32,000 nucleotides of DNA from Candidatus Saccharimonadota bacterium. GTDB lineage: Bacteria; Patescibacteriota; Patescibacteriia; 2-12-FULL-60-25. The notes under the pieces are model-generated. The model saw only the letters and a program-made list of their open reading frames with translations, was not told the origin of the DNA and searched no databases. Position 1 is the stretch's first letter; each line of letters begins with the position of its first letter. Below are positions 24,010 to 31,041 of this stretch, piece by piece. The translations under genes were made by a program, and so were the position numbers. The stretch lies in NCBI GenBank assembly GCA_022843095.1, contig JALHOH010000001.1:330001-362000 (forward strand), read 5' to 3'.

Positions 24010-26211
24010 TTAGCGATTGCGTAGGTTCTTGCACTCATCACTCATGAACCAGCGGAAATCCTCTTTCAGGCGGATGACCTTTTCCGGCTGGCCGACCATT
24101 CCATCGCGCTCCGTGATGTCGCAGACGTTGAGTGCTTTCAGGGTTTCCATTTCCTTCAATGCGGTCGTCTTCGAGCACTGCAAGAGTGCTTCGACCTGCG
24201 TGGTCTTCAATTCGCCACCGTTTTCGATCAGGATGTTCACAAGCTTGGCGCGTGTTGGTGGAGAGCTATCTACGGCCAGCTCGATCACGAATCGCAGATC
24301 GTCATCCGTAATTTGTGACCGACCCGCAACAACGGCATGGCCACGGCAGAGGTTGTAAAACAATTGGGCGATGCGGTCGGGTTTTTCGATGACGGGCGGT
24401 TGGTAGTCGTATTCATCTGGTGCGTCATCCCGCTTGCTCACCTTCCATAGGCTCACGATGCCGCGCAGATTGGCCAACAATTTGGCACAGCGCGTAATGA
24501 CAAGCAGGCACTCGCGGGGATCGCCTTCGCGCTTCCATTCGATCCCTTCCTGATGGCGATGCCATAGCCCAAACAGGAAGTATTTGGTGGCAATGCGGCA
24601 CGCACGCTCTTTGTCTTTCACTGCCGTCGAAACGAGTTGATCGGCCAGCTCGCCCTCGCTCTTGTTGCGACCGTTCATGTTGAGGAAGAACAGACGTGAC
24701 CCGAGGCTCCCCATAATGCGCCAGACACGCGACGAGATCGGCGTTGAGGCGGCGAGCATCATGAACAGGTACTCCCCGATGTATGCACGCTCCCCGTGGA
24801 TGCCGGAATCGGTTTTGAATCCCTCCCCATCGAGTACGCGCGTCAGGATGCCAAGGCACTCCTGCAAGTCGTCTTCACGCTTGGAAAAGAGGGTCGCCAA
24901 ATCACGCACCAGGAACATGTGATAGCGAAGACGTGGGAGCAGGTCGATTTCCGCGAGCTTTTCGCGCTTCACGTTTGAGGCGTTGGAAACGAATGATGCG
25001 GGCGTGAACTTGTCCGAGGCGTATGTCAGTCCTTCGAGACCGTCAAAGAAATTGGCCGTGATTGTCTTGCCGCTTGATGGAACATCTACCAGCACGAGCG
25101 CAAAGGGATTTGTTACGTCCTTGATGAGGAGCTGGGAGATGACCGACAACCCAACTTCGGCGGCAAGCGCACAGTCGGGGAATTGTTGGCTCACTACATC
25201 CTTCCAATCGGCAAAGGAGACCTCTTTTTCGACTTTTTCAATCCGTTTGATCCGTGTCTTGGCATCGAAACGGCTAACAGCGAGCGCCAAGTCCATGAAC
25301 GATTGCGGATCGCCGCCGTACTTCATGAAGTAGTCCGTCACGTCTTTCAATCCCTCGCCCATGTCCAAGGGGAGACGGGTTTGGTAGAGCTTCAACGTCT
25401 CGATGCTTTTGAGAGCATCAAGCACGCGCACCGCGCCTTTTTCGCCTTCGGAATCGTTGTCATAACAGACGCAGACGGATTCGAGACCAGAGAACTCTTT
25501 TACCCATTCCTGTTTGAACGTGCCGCATCCGCCCGTTGAGGTGATCGCGGGGATGCCTTTCGAGAGGAGAATGAGACAATCGAACTCGCCCTCGCAAAGC
25601 ACGAGGCTTGTGGCACCCTTGAACATCTGCCAGTCGAACAGCTCGTGTGTCGCTCCCATCGGCCAGACTTTCATCTTGGGGAGTTTGTCGTCTTTCGTTT
25701 CGGGATCACGCCGGAGCTTCATCAGGGCGTATTCGTCTGGGTTATCTTTTTTGGGGACTGGAATGGTGATCCAATTCGCGCCATAGAACTCTCCCCAACC
25801 CAACTTGAATTGGGTGATGAGGTCATCCGTGATGCCGCGTTCGTTCAGGTAGCGGCGGATATTGTCGGGGAGTGCTTGATGACAGCGCTCGACCAGTTCC
25901 TTCGTGACTTCTTCGACAGGTCTTTTGCGCGGTGCGCTTTTCTTGTCGTGATTATGTAGGGGCTTGGGAAACAAATCCTTCGTGTCATCACCGAGATGTT
26001 TGGCGAGCGTGAAGATGTTGCCTTTCTCCCCGCATTTTTTGCAGTCAAATTGGCTCGTTGATTTTGAGAAATAGAGATGCTGTTCGTTCGCACGGCTGTC
26101 GTCATCACAACCGTTGAACAAGCACTTCGTGACAAGCTCGTCGCCGACCTCACGGAAGGTGATGCCTTTGGAGGTCAGGTATTCGACGATGCCGATTGGT
26201 TCTTCATTCAT
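24010..26211 (-). CDS. Primase-helicase-like replication protein (Cys4 zinc finger, Toprim, P-loop NTPase, C-terminal wHTH-like region)
   Basis: The zinc finger is 'CLFNGC...CKKCGEKGNIFTL'. The Toprim motifs are 'LVLCEGEFDCLIL' and 'VCYDNDSEGEKGA'. The Walker A-like motif is 'VDVPSSGKT'. The protein is 733 aa. Confidence 0.75.
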   Translation of the reverse strand: MNEEPIGIVEYLTSKGITFREVGDELVTKCLFNGCDDDSRANEQHLYFSKSTSQFDCKKCGEKGNIFTLAKHLGDDTKDLFPKPLHNHDKKSAPRKRPVEEVTKELVERCHQALPDNIRRYLNERGITDDLITQFKLGWGEFYGANWITIPVPKKDNPDEYALMKLRRDPETKDDKLPKMKVWPMGATHELFDWQMFKGATSLVLCEGEFDCLILLSKGIPAITSTGGCGTFKQEWVKEFSGLESVCVCYDNDSEGEKGAVRVLDALKSIETLKLYQTRLPLDMGEGLKDVTDYFMKYGGDPQSFMDLALAVSRFDAKTRIKRIEKVEKEVSFADWKDVVSQQFPDCALAAEVGLSVISQLLIKDVTNPFALVLVDVPSSGKTITANFFDGLEGLTYASDKFTPASFVSNASNVKREKLAEIDLLPRLRYHMFLVRDLATLFSKREDDLQECLGILTRVLDGEGFKTDSGIHGERAYIGEYLFMMLAASTPISSRVWRIMGSLGSRLFFLNMNGRNKSEGELADQLVSTAVKDKERACRIATKYFLFGLWHRHQEGIEWKREGDPRECLLVITRCAKLLANLRGIVSLWKVSKRDDAPDEYDYQPPVIEKPDRIAQLFYNLCRGHAVVAGRSQITDDDLRFVIELAVDSSPPTRAKLVNILIENGGELKTTQVEALLQCSKTTALKEMETLKALNVCDITERDGMVGQPEKVIRLKEDFRWFMSDECKNLRNR

Positions 26212-26220
26212 AATTGATGG

Positions 26221-26403
26221 TTAGAGAGTGGGTAAAGTCTCCGCGATACGCTGTTCTTCGTCCGTCAGTGGGCGATAAACGATTTGCATGAGACGGATCA
26301 GGCTGATGGCTTTGGCTTGTGCCTCGGCTTTTTCGATGCGTCTCCCGCATTTGCGCTCGTAGAGGTTTTGGAACTCCTCGATGTCTTCCTCGGTGAGCTG
26401 CAT
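26221..26403 (-). CDS. Small hypothetical protein, 60 aa
   Basis: The ORF is packed between neighbouring genes, 6 nt from one and 9 nt from the other. It is acidic and helical in character. Confidence 0.4.
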   Translation of the reverse strand: MQLTEEDIEEFQNLYERKCGRRIEKAEAQAKAISLIRLMQIVYRPLTDEEQRIAETLPTL

Positions 26404-26409
26404 AGGAGG

Positions 26410-26673
26410 TCACGAGGAATAGAGGCGGTTCTTGATGGCGCGGATAGAATCGAAGTAGGAGCGGGCGTTGAGCTTCAAGCGATCATTCCAGTAATCCTCA
26501 ATGTCGCGCTCAATGGTCTTATCGCGGCGGAAGATGAACTGCGCCTTGTTGGGGTTGCCGTCCTTGTCCACGGCGTAAAGCACATGTTCAAGACAAGACA
26601 GGGCGCAGGTAAGTCCGAGGTCGAAGGTCAAGAAAAACTCCTCTTGAGAGAGGTGCTCAAGTTCGTTTGTCAT
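26410..26673 (-). CDS. DUF5659-like small protein
   Basis: The segments 'FDLGLTCALSCLEHVLYAVDKDGNPNKAQFIFRRD' and 'DIEDYWNDRLKLNARSYFDSIRAIKNRLY' resemble the DUF5659 pattern I recall from CPR and phage genomes. ATG 26673 is preferred because the longer start overlaps a terminator hairpin. Confidence 0.5.
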   Translation of the reverse strand: MTNELEHLSQEEFFLTFDLGLTCALSCLEHVLYAVDKDGNPNKAQFIFRRDKTIERDIEDYWNDRLKLNARSYFDSIRAIKNRLYSS

Positions 26674-26720
26674 AGGTGAGGTAATTGATGAGTAGGAGTG
26701 GCCTTGGCTTCGCGCGAAAT

Positions 26721-26746
26721 CAAAATAACCACATGACAAGTGTGGT
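26721..26746 (-). terminator. Weak hairpin terminator after the two-gene cargo operon
   Basis: A 6-bp stem ACCACA/TGTGGT with a 7-nt loop, followed by TTATTTTG on the minus strand. Confidence 0.4.
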
Positions 26747-26779
26747 CTTTTGCGTCGGGATTATCTCCCGCGACTTTCT

Positions 26780-27760
26780 CTATTTTGCGGTGACTTTCTC
26801 TATCGGATTTTGGATTTTATAGGCGTTTTCGCCTCCGGCGGTCTTCGTTCCGACGATGATTTTATTCACAGTCGCCTCGTTTCTGGCTTTCTTTGCGAGC
26901 TTCGTGACGTTGCTCCGATAGTCGTTACAGTATTTTTGCGCGGTGCGTGCCGAATCTACTTCATGCGTTTCGGTGCAGTAGCGGTACAACTCCGCGTGGC
27001 TGACAGGATACGCGTAGTCTTGCATCAAGCGCTCGACGAATGAAAACTCAACCGTGTGACGCGGGATATTACAAAGGGTCTTACCGTCCAATGTCAGATC
27101 GCCGTTTTGATTCAGAAAAACACGCTGACCAGACCCTTGTACTGCGGTCTCAAGAGCTTTGATATCTGCTCGCAATCCCTTTTCATCAAGTGAAACAAAA
27201 AGCGTTGGATCAATGAAAGAAACCTGCTCCGTCATGCCGAGCGCGGGCGAATGTATCGAAAAGACGATGACAGGGGTGCTCTGGGAGAGGGCATTGATAA
27301 GCTCAACGTGACGCTGTGAGGTATCGTCTCGTAAAAATAGAACCTTTCGTTTGCGTTTAGCCACGGTGATCGCGCCGACTTCCCAAAGCTCATCGGCAAC
27401 AAGTTGCTTGATGTCGATCTCGGCTCCAAGAGCACAGCCGAACGAGGTGAGGAAGGTGCTGGTTTCGACCTGTATGGTGGCCACCTCATCTCTTGAAACG
27501 GATTGCGGCGCGGTATTTTCATTGCGATCACAAAGCGCAAGGAAACGCCCATCGGGGAGTTTATTCCACTCGATGCGATGCTCACCGTCACAAGAGGCGC
27601 ATGAAACAGTTTTGCTTAGCTCTCCGTCTTGAAGAATTGCAGCGGCTTTCAAGCCGACAATGGCCTCATTGGAAAATAACTCCCCGATGGTGCAGGCGGC
27701 GATCTGTCCGACTGGACGAACGGCAAGAAGCTCAAGGAGCTTTTTCAGCGGGTTCGTCAT
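26780..27760 (-). CDS. Hypothetical protein B (326 aa) of the cargo operon, with a possible C-terminal winged-helix DNA-binding region
   Basis: The start is ATG 27760 ('MTNPLKKLLELL'), overlapping the upstream gene by 29 nt. It has a 'CASCDGEH' cysteine pair. The C-terminal 'HTVEFSFVERLMQDYAYPVSHAELYRYC' loosely resembles OmpR/PhoB-type wHTH. Confidence 0.55.
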   Translation of the reverse strand: MTNPLKKLLELLAVRPVGQIAACTIGELFSNEAIVGLKAAAILQDGELSKTVSCASCDGEHRIEWNKLPDGRFLALCDRNENTAPQSVSRDEVATIQVETSTFLTSFGCALGAEIDIKQLVADELWEVGAITVAKRKRKVLFLRDDTSQRHVELINALSQSTPVIVFSIHSPALGMTEQVSFIDPTLFVSLDEKGLRADIKALETAVQGSGQRVFLNQNGDLTLDGKTLCNIPRHTVEFSFVERLMQDYAYPVSHAELYRYCTETHEVDSARTAQKYCNDYRSNVTKLAKKARNEATVNKIIVGTKTAGGENAYKIQNPIEKVTAK

Positions 27761-28919
27761 AATCAATGCCCCATGCCTTGAGGTATGCTTTTGCTTTCTT
27801 GTGCAGCTCTTTCTCTCCGAGGTTGCAACCGTTCGGCGAACGCAGATCAATTGTCACGCCACCTCGCTTGCCCTTGCCAGGAAACTTCATGGCGATTTTA
27901 GCTTGTGTGATTTCATGCACCTTGTCCGTTGCGAGATCGAGATGGCGGTTGTCGGCGAGGCGATAGATGGCCTCCTTGCTCGCTTTTTTATCAACCTCGA
28001 TAAAAGTCTTTTCTCCTTGGACAAACGGATTGACTACGCCAAGCATGAACACTTTTACATATTCAACCTGATCTTCCGCCTTGGTCACGAAAGCGAAGTT
28101 TCGGTTTTTCAGTTTGTCGAGGTTGAATACACGTTCGTTTGCGGGAGTGCTCGTATCCTCACCGAGGATTGTCTTACGGAAAATGTCGCGCAGTTCATGC
28201 ACCTCATCTTTTCCACCGTCAGCCTTGGTACGCAGACGACCTTCATCGGGGTAGTAGATGAAGATTACCTCCTTGGCGGGCTTGATGATGCCCGTCGTGG
28301 TGAGTTCACCTCCCTTGAAAATCTCCTCATCTTTGGCCTGATCCTCAATGAGGACACGGAAGCAGACTCGGTTCTCCAACAGCTTGCGTTCCGCCTTGCA
28401 GTTACGTCCGATGAAGTGACGATTGACGTAGTAGGCACTGACTTCCTTTTCCAACATGCCCTCCTTGTCAGTCGTTTCGGTGATTGATACGCGTTTCAGG
28501 TTCAAAGTATCACGCCACCCATTGCGAGATTCAATCTCGAACCATTCAAGTGCTTCGCCAAAAACATCTTCATGATGATTGAGAAAGAACCAGAGCGCCT
28601 TGCCGCAATTGTTCCAGTCTTCCATTTCGGGTGGTAACTCGATGCCTTGAGACGTAGCCAAGATGTGAAGCAGGGAGAATCCGGCTGGGCACGCGAGTTC
28701 ATAGACCTCCATCGTTTCCTTGTTCACGGTGTCCCGTCGATCTTCGGACAGATTTTCAAACGCATCAGCAAATGCGTTCGCCAGATCATCCTTTGTCGTT
28801 TTTTTCCCATCCTTGAGCGCAAGCGCCATGTCCTTTTGCTTGGCGTATTCCTCAAGGAGGACGCCATTGTTTGCGGCACGTCGGGCAAACGTCCGCAGAT
28901 CGTATTCACGATTTGCCAT
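27732..28919 (-). CDS. Hypothetical protein A (395 aa) of the cargo operon
   Basis: The start is set at ATG 28919 ('MANREYDLRTF') because a strong promoter lies at 28958-28987, inside the longer track ORF. I recognise no domain. Confidence 0.55.
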   Translation of the reverse strand: MANREYDLRTFARRAANNGVLLEEYAKQKDMALALKDGKKTTKDDLANAFADAFENLSEDRRDTVNKETMEVYELACPAGFSLLHILATSQGIELPPEMEDWNNCGKALWFFLNHHEDVFGEALEWFEIESRNGWRDTLNLKRVSITETTDKEGMLEKEVSAYYVNRHFIGRNCKAERKLLENRVCFRVLIEDQAKDEEIFKGGELTTTGIIKPAKEVIFIYYPDEGRLRTKADGGKDEVHELRDIFRKTILGEDTSTPANERVFNLDKLKNRNFAFVTKAEDQVEYVKVFMLGVVNPFVQGEKTFIEVDKKASKEAIYRLADNRHLDLATDKVHEITQAKIAMKFPGKGKRGGVTIDLRSPNGCNLGEKELHKKAKAYLKAWGIDYDEPAEKAP

Positions 28920-28957
28920 AGAGAGTAATTTTTGGTTTGGTTGTAAAAATCGCCCGT

Positions 28958-28987
28958 ATTTTATGCATTTTTGGGCTTCGAGGTCAA
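28958..28987 (-). promoter_or_regulatory. Promoter of the cargo operon: TTGACC, 18 nt spacer, TAAAAT
   Basis: Near-consensus hexamers read on the minus strand, about 38 nt upstream of ATG 28919. Confidence 0.5.
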
Positions 28988-29091
28988 GTGTGAGCCTCTT
29001 AACCATCAAGATAAAAAGTCTTTGACGAACCGACCTGAATATCAGCAATCGAGCATTGCCTACAAGATTCCGCGATGTTATTCTCAGACTC

Positions 29092-29469
29092 ATGCTGAGC
29101 GGTTTCTGGCAAAAATGCGTTAAGACATTTTTCATTTTCGCTGTTTTTACAACGGTGTTTTCTTTTTGTGGACATAATGAGCTACGGGCTGATGTTCCTG
29201 GGTGGGGCAGTAACAACGGCCAAGCCCCTGTTTCAGGGCAAGTAAGTTCTTCATCCGTTCCATGCTGTAGGCATACCACGGAGCAGGTACAAGGATTTCA
29301 ACAGAATTTTAAACGTCAGGAAGAGCTTGTTGGTAAAAAGAGAGAAAGTGTGAGTGGATTTGAGTTGGCGTATACTCCTCACCTTAAACCTCTCACAAAG
29401 TCGCCTTTTGTTGGTCTGTCTCCGCCTCAAAATACAAGGCTTTCAATACTCCAGACATTCCGATCCTAA
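29092..29469 (+). CDS. Small putative secreted protein (125 aa), leaderless geometry
   Basis: TGtTATTCT (29076-29084) lies 7 nt before ATG 29092. The N-terminus 'KTFFIFAVFTTVFSFCG' is hydrophobic. An inverted-repeat hairpin follows the stop codon directly. The Ser-rich, low-complexity body makes coding status uncertain. Confidence 0.3.
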   Translation: MLSGFWQKCVKTFFIFAVFTTVFSFCGHNELRADVPGWGSNNGQAPVSGQVSSSSVPCCRHTTEQVQGFQQNFKRQEELVGKKRESVSGFELAYTPHLKPLTKSPFVGLSPPQNTRLSILQTFRS

Positions 29470-29470
29470 T

Positions 29471-29511
29471 AAACATCGTTTGGGAATGTTTCTAATTCTT
29501 AAACGATGTTT
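29471..29511 (+). terminator. Perfect 11-bp inverted repeat AAACATCGTTT / AAACGATGTTT with 19-nt spacer (terminator or protein-binding site)
   Basis: Read directly from the sequence. It starts 2 nt after the stop codon of the 29092 ORF and its 3' arm ends in TTTT. The loop is unusually large for an intrinsic terminator. Confidence 0.4.
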
Positions 29512-29614
29512 TGGCATGATTAAATACCTTTTTCCCCTATTCCTGCTCGTGACGCTTGGAGCTGGCTGCGAGTCTAAGATTGAATGGCACGCTGGTCCCA
29601 CTTAAAAATTTCAG

Positions 29615-29630
29615 AATGAATTAATTCATT
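29615..29630. promoter_or_regulatory. Perfect 16-bp palindrome AATGAATTAATTCATT (operator candidate) just upstream of TATACA (29641-29646) and the DsbA-like gene
   Basis: Read directly from the sequence. Its centre lies about 21 nt upstream of the -10-like hexamer. Confidence 0.45.
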
Positions 29631-29648
29631 TAAGTCCCTCTATACATT

Positions 29649-30464
29649 ATGTCCATGTCTCCCGAACAACCAACGCAAGACCATCAAAAACACAAGACTT
29701 CCATTTGGGATCAGATGCCTCCTCGTTTCGCGTTCGTCTTTGGTTTTGTCATAGCTATCGCACTTTCGAGCATGGTCGGCCTTGGTTTTGTCCTCACCGT
29801 CCTATTAAAGTCCCCAAGCGCAAATGCAGCTATTGTAGCCCAGAATTACCCGACACCTTCAGCTAATCAACCGCAAGTACCCTCTCAAGCTCCACAGCCG
29901 GAACAAGCTGGGCCGGTAAAAGCCGTTGATCCTAAAGTTGATCACATTCGTGGCGATAAAAATGCGAAGGTGTTCGTGATCGAGTATTCCGATTTCGAGT
30001 GTCCATTCTGTATTCGTCACCATCCAACCATGCAGAAGCTGGTGGATGAATATAAAGGGAAGGTTGCATGGGTCTATCGGCATTTTCCGCTCAGCTTCCA
30101 CCAGAACGCGCAAAAAGAAGCGGAGGCTTCAGAATGTGCCAATGAACTTGGTGGGAATGATGCCTTTTGGAAGTTTGCTGACAAGATATTTGAGCGAACG
30201 AAGGGCAACGGCACCGGTTTTGCTTTAGACCAGCTCGCTCCATTAGCCAAGGAAATTGGTTTGGACGAAGGAAAATTCAAGACGTGTTTGGACAGCGGTA
30301 AGTATGCTCAAAAGGTACAGGATGATATGGCTGCCGGTTCCACGGCGGGCGTGAATGGAACTCCGGGCAATATCGTCTGGACCAAGGATGGGAAGTCCCA
30401 GCTTGTATCTGGCGCTGTACCGCTGGAGGCGCTTAAAGCGGTTATTGATCCGCTCTTGAAATGA
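29649..30464 (+). CDS. Membrane-anchored DsbA-family thiol:disulfide oxidoreductase (CPFC active site)
   Basis: The N-terminal TM segment is 'FAFVFGFVIAIALSSMVGLGFVLTVLL'. The thioredoxin-fold region is 'VIEYSDFECPFCIRHHP...YRHFPLSFHQNA' and 'GVNGTPGNIV'. Confidence 0.8.
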   Translation: MSMSPEQPTQDHQKHKTSIWDQMPPRFAFVFGFVIAIALSSMVGLGFVLTVLLKSPSANAAIVAQNYPTPSANQPQVPSQAPQPEQAGPVKAVDPKVDHIRGDKNAKVFVIEYSDFECPFCIRHHPTMQKLVDEYKGKVAWVYRHFPLSFHQNAQKEAEASECANELGGNDAFWKFADKIFERTKGNGTGFALDQLAPLAKEIGLDEGKFKTCLDSGKYAQKVQDDMAAGSTAGVNGTPGNIVWTKDGKSQLVSGAVPLEALKAVIDPLLK

Positions 30465-31036
30465 TGAATGTCCGTCGTCTTGCCATTCTACAAAGCATAT
30501 CGGAGACGCTGAAGCGCCCCCGATATGCTTTGCTGATGGTCGGATCCAGTTTTACGTTTTGGCTTTTGAACCTCTACATTCCAAACAGACAATCGATCCG
30601 CTTGTTTCTTGGTCTTGATACCCTGACGCTCTTTAAGCGTTGGGGGATTGTGAAGGGTATTATTACTAACTACGTAAGTAATCTTGGACCAGCCACGATC
30701 TTTCAGAGTCTGCTCATCAGCATCCTCTTTGGTCTAAATCTCAGTCTTGTTGCATATCTTCTTGTTCGGAGAAAAACGCTCATTCAAGATGCGTCTTCTG
30801 CTGCCAGCGGAATTCTCGGATCGGTCAGTGCGCTTCTCGGAATTGGATGTTCGGCTTGCGGCTCTGTTCTTTTGACTACGTCTTTCTCGATTTTCGGGGG
30901 AGTCGGACTTGTGAGCCTATTGCCATTCAAGGGAAAAGAGTTTTTCTACCTTAGTCTCATTCTTCTTACATTATCGATCTACTTGATCGCCAAAAAAATG
31001 ACTGAACCTCTCGTATGCAAGACAGTAAAAACCTAA
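30461..31036 (+). CDS. Polytopic membrane protein with an intramembrane CSAC motif (unknown family)
   Basis: The 191-aa protein has about four hydrophobic segments. 'LLGIGCSACGSVLL' lies within the third. The start codon overlaps the DsbA-like stop codon (ATGA). Confidence 0.6.
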   Translation: MMNVRRLAILQSISETLKRPRYALLMVGSSFTFWLLNLYIPNRQSIRLFLGLDTLTLFKRWGIVKGIITNYVSNLGPATIFQSLLISILFGLNLSLVAYLLVRRKTLIQDASSAASGILGSVSALLGIGCSACGSVLLTTSFSIFGGVGLVSLLPFKGKEFFYLSLILLTLSIYLIAKKMTEPLVCKTVKT

Positions 31037-31041
31037 CTTCT

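Larger units (their letters stand above)
20756..29650. mobile_element. Integrated serine-recombinase element (satellite- or integrative-replicon-like); left end next to tRNA-His, right end unresolved and possibly beyond the window
   Basis: The block has a recombinase next to a tRNA, a replicase, small ORFs and cargo genes. It is all on one strand and its G+C is visibly lower than the backbone. No att repeats were identified. Confidence 0.6.

Noticed and set aside
28920-29279. A 120-codon N-terminal extension of cargo protein A (track ORF 27732..29279).
   Set aside because: A near-consensus promoter (28958-28987) lies inside it. The extension is Cys/Arg/Leu-rich with no protein-like character. 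ATG 28919 is the first start codon downstream of the promoter.
20796-29540. ATAGGGG (20796-20802) and CCCCTAT (29534-29540), each beside a T-run, as possible split halves of a dyad-symmetric attB.
   Set aside because: A 7-bp match between two search regions of about 100-200 nt is expected by chance. The implied attP halves show no symmetry. The right arm lies inside a small ORF. This is not sufficient to call att sites.
29516-29605. A 29-codon ORF encoding a lipoprotein-like signal peptide ('MIKYLFPLFLLVTLGAGC') plus 11 residues.
   Set aside because: It is too short, has no promoter or RBS, and the lipobox is imperfect (Gly at -3). It may be a gene remnant, so I mention it under the gene-poor region but do not call it as a feature.
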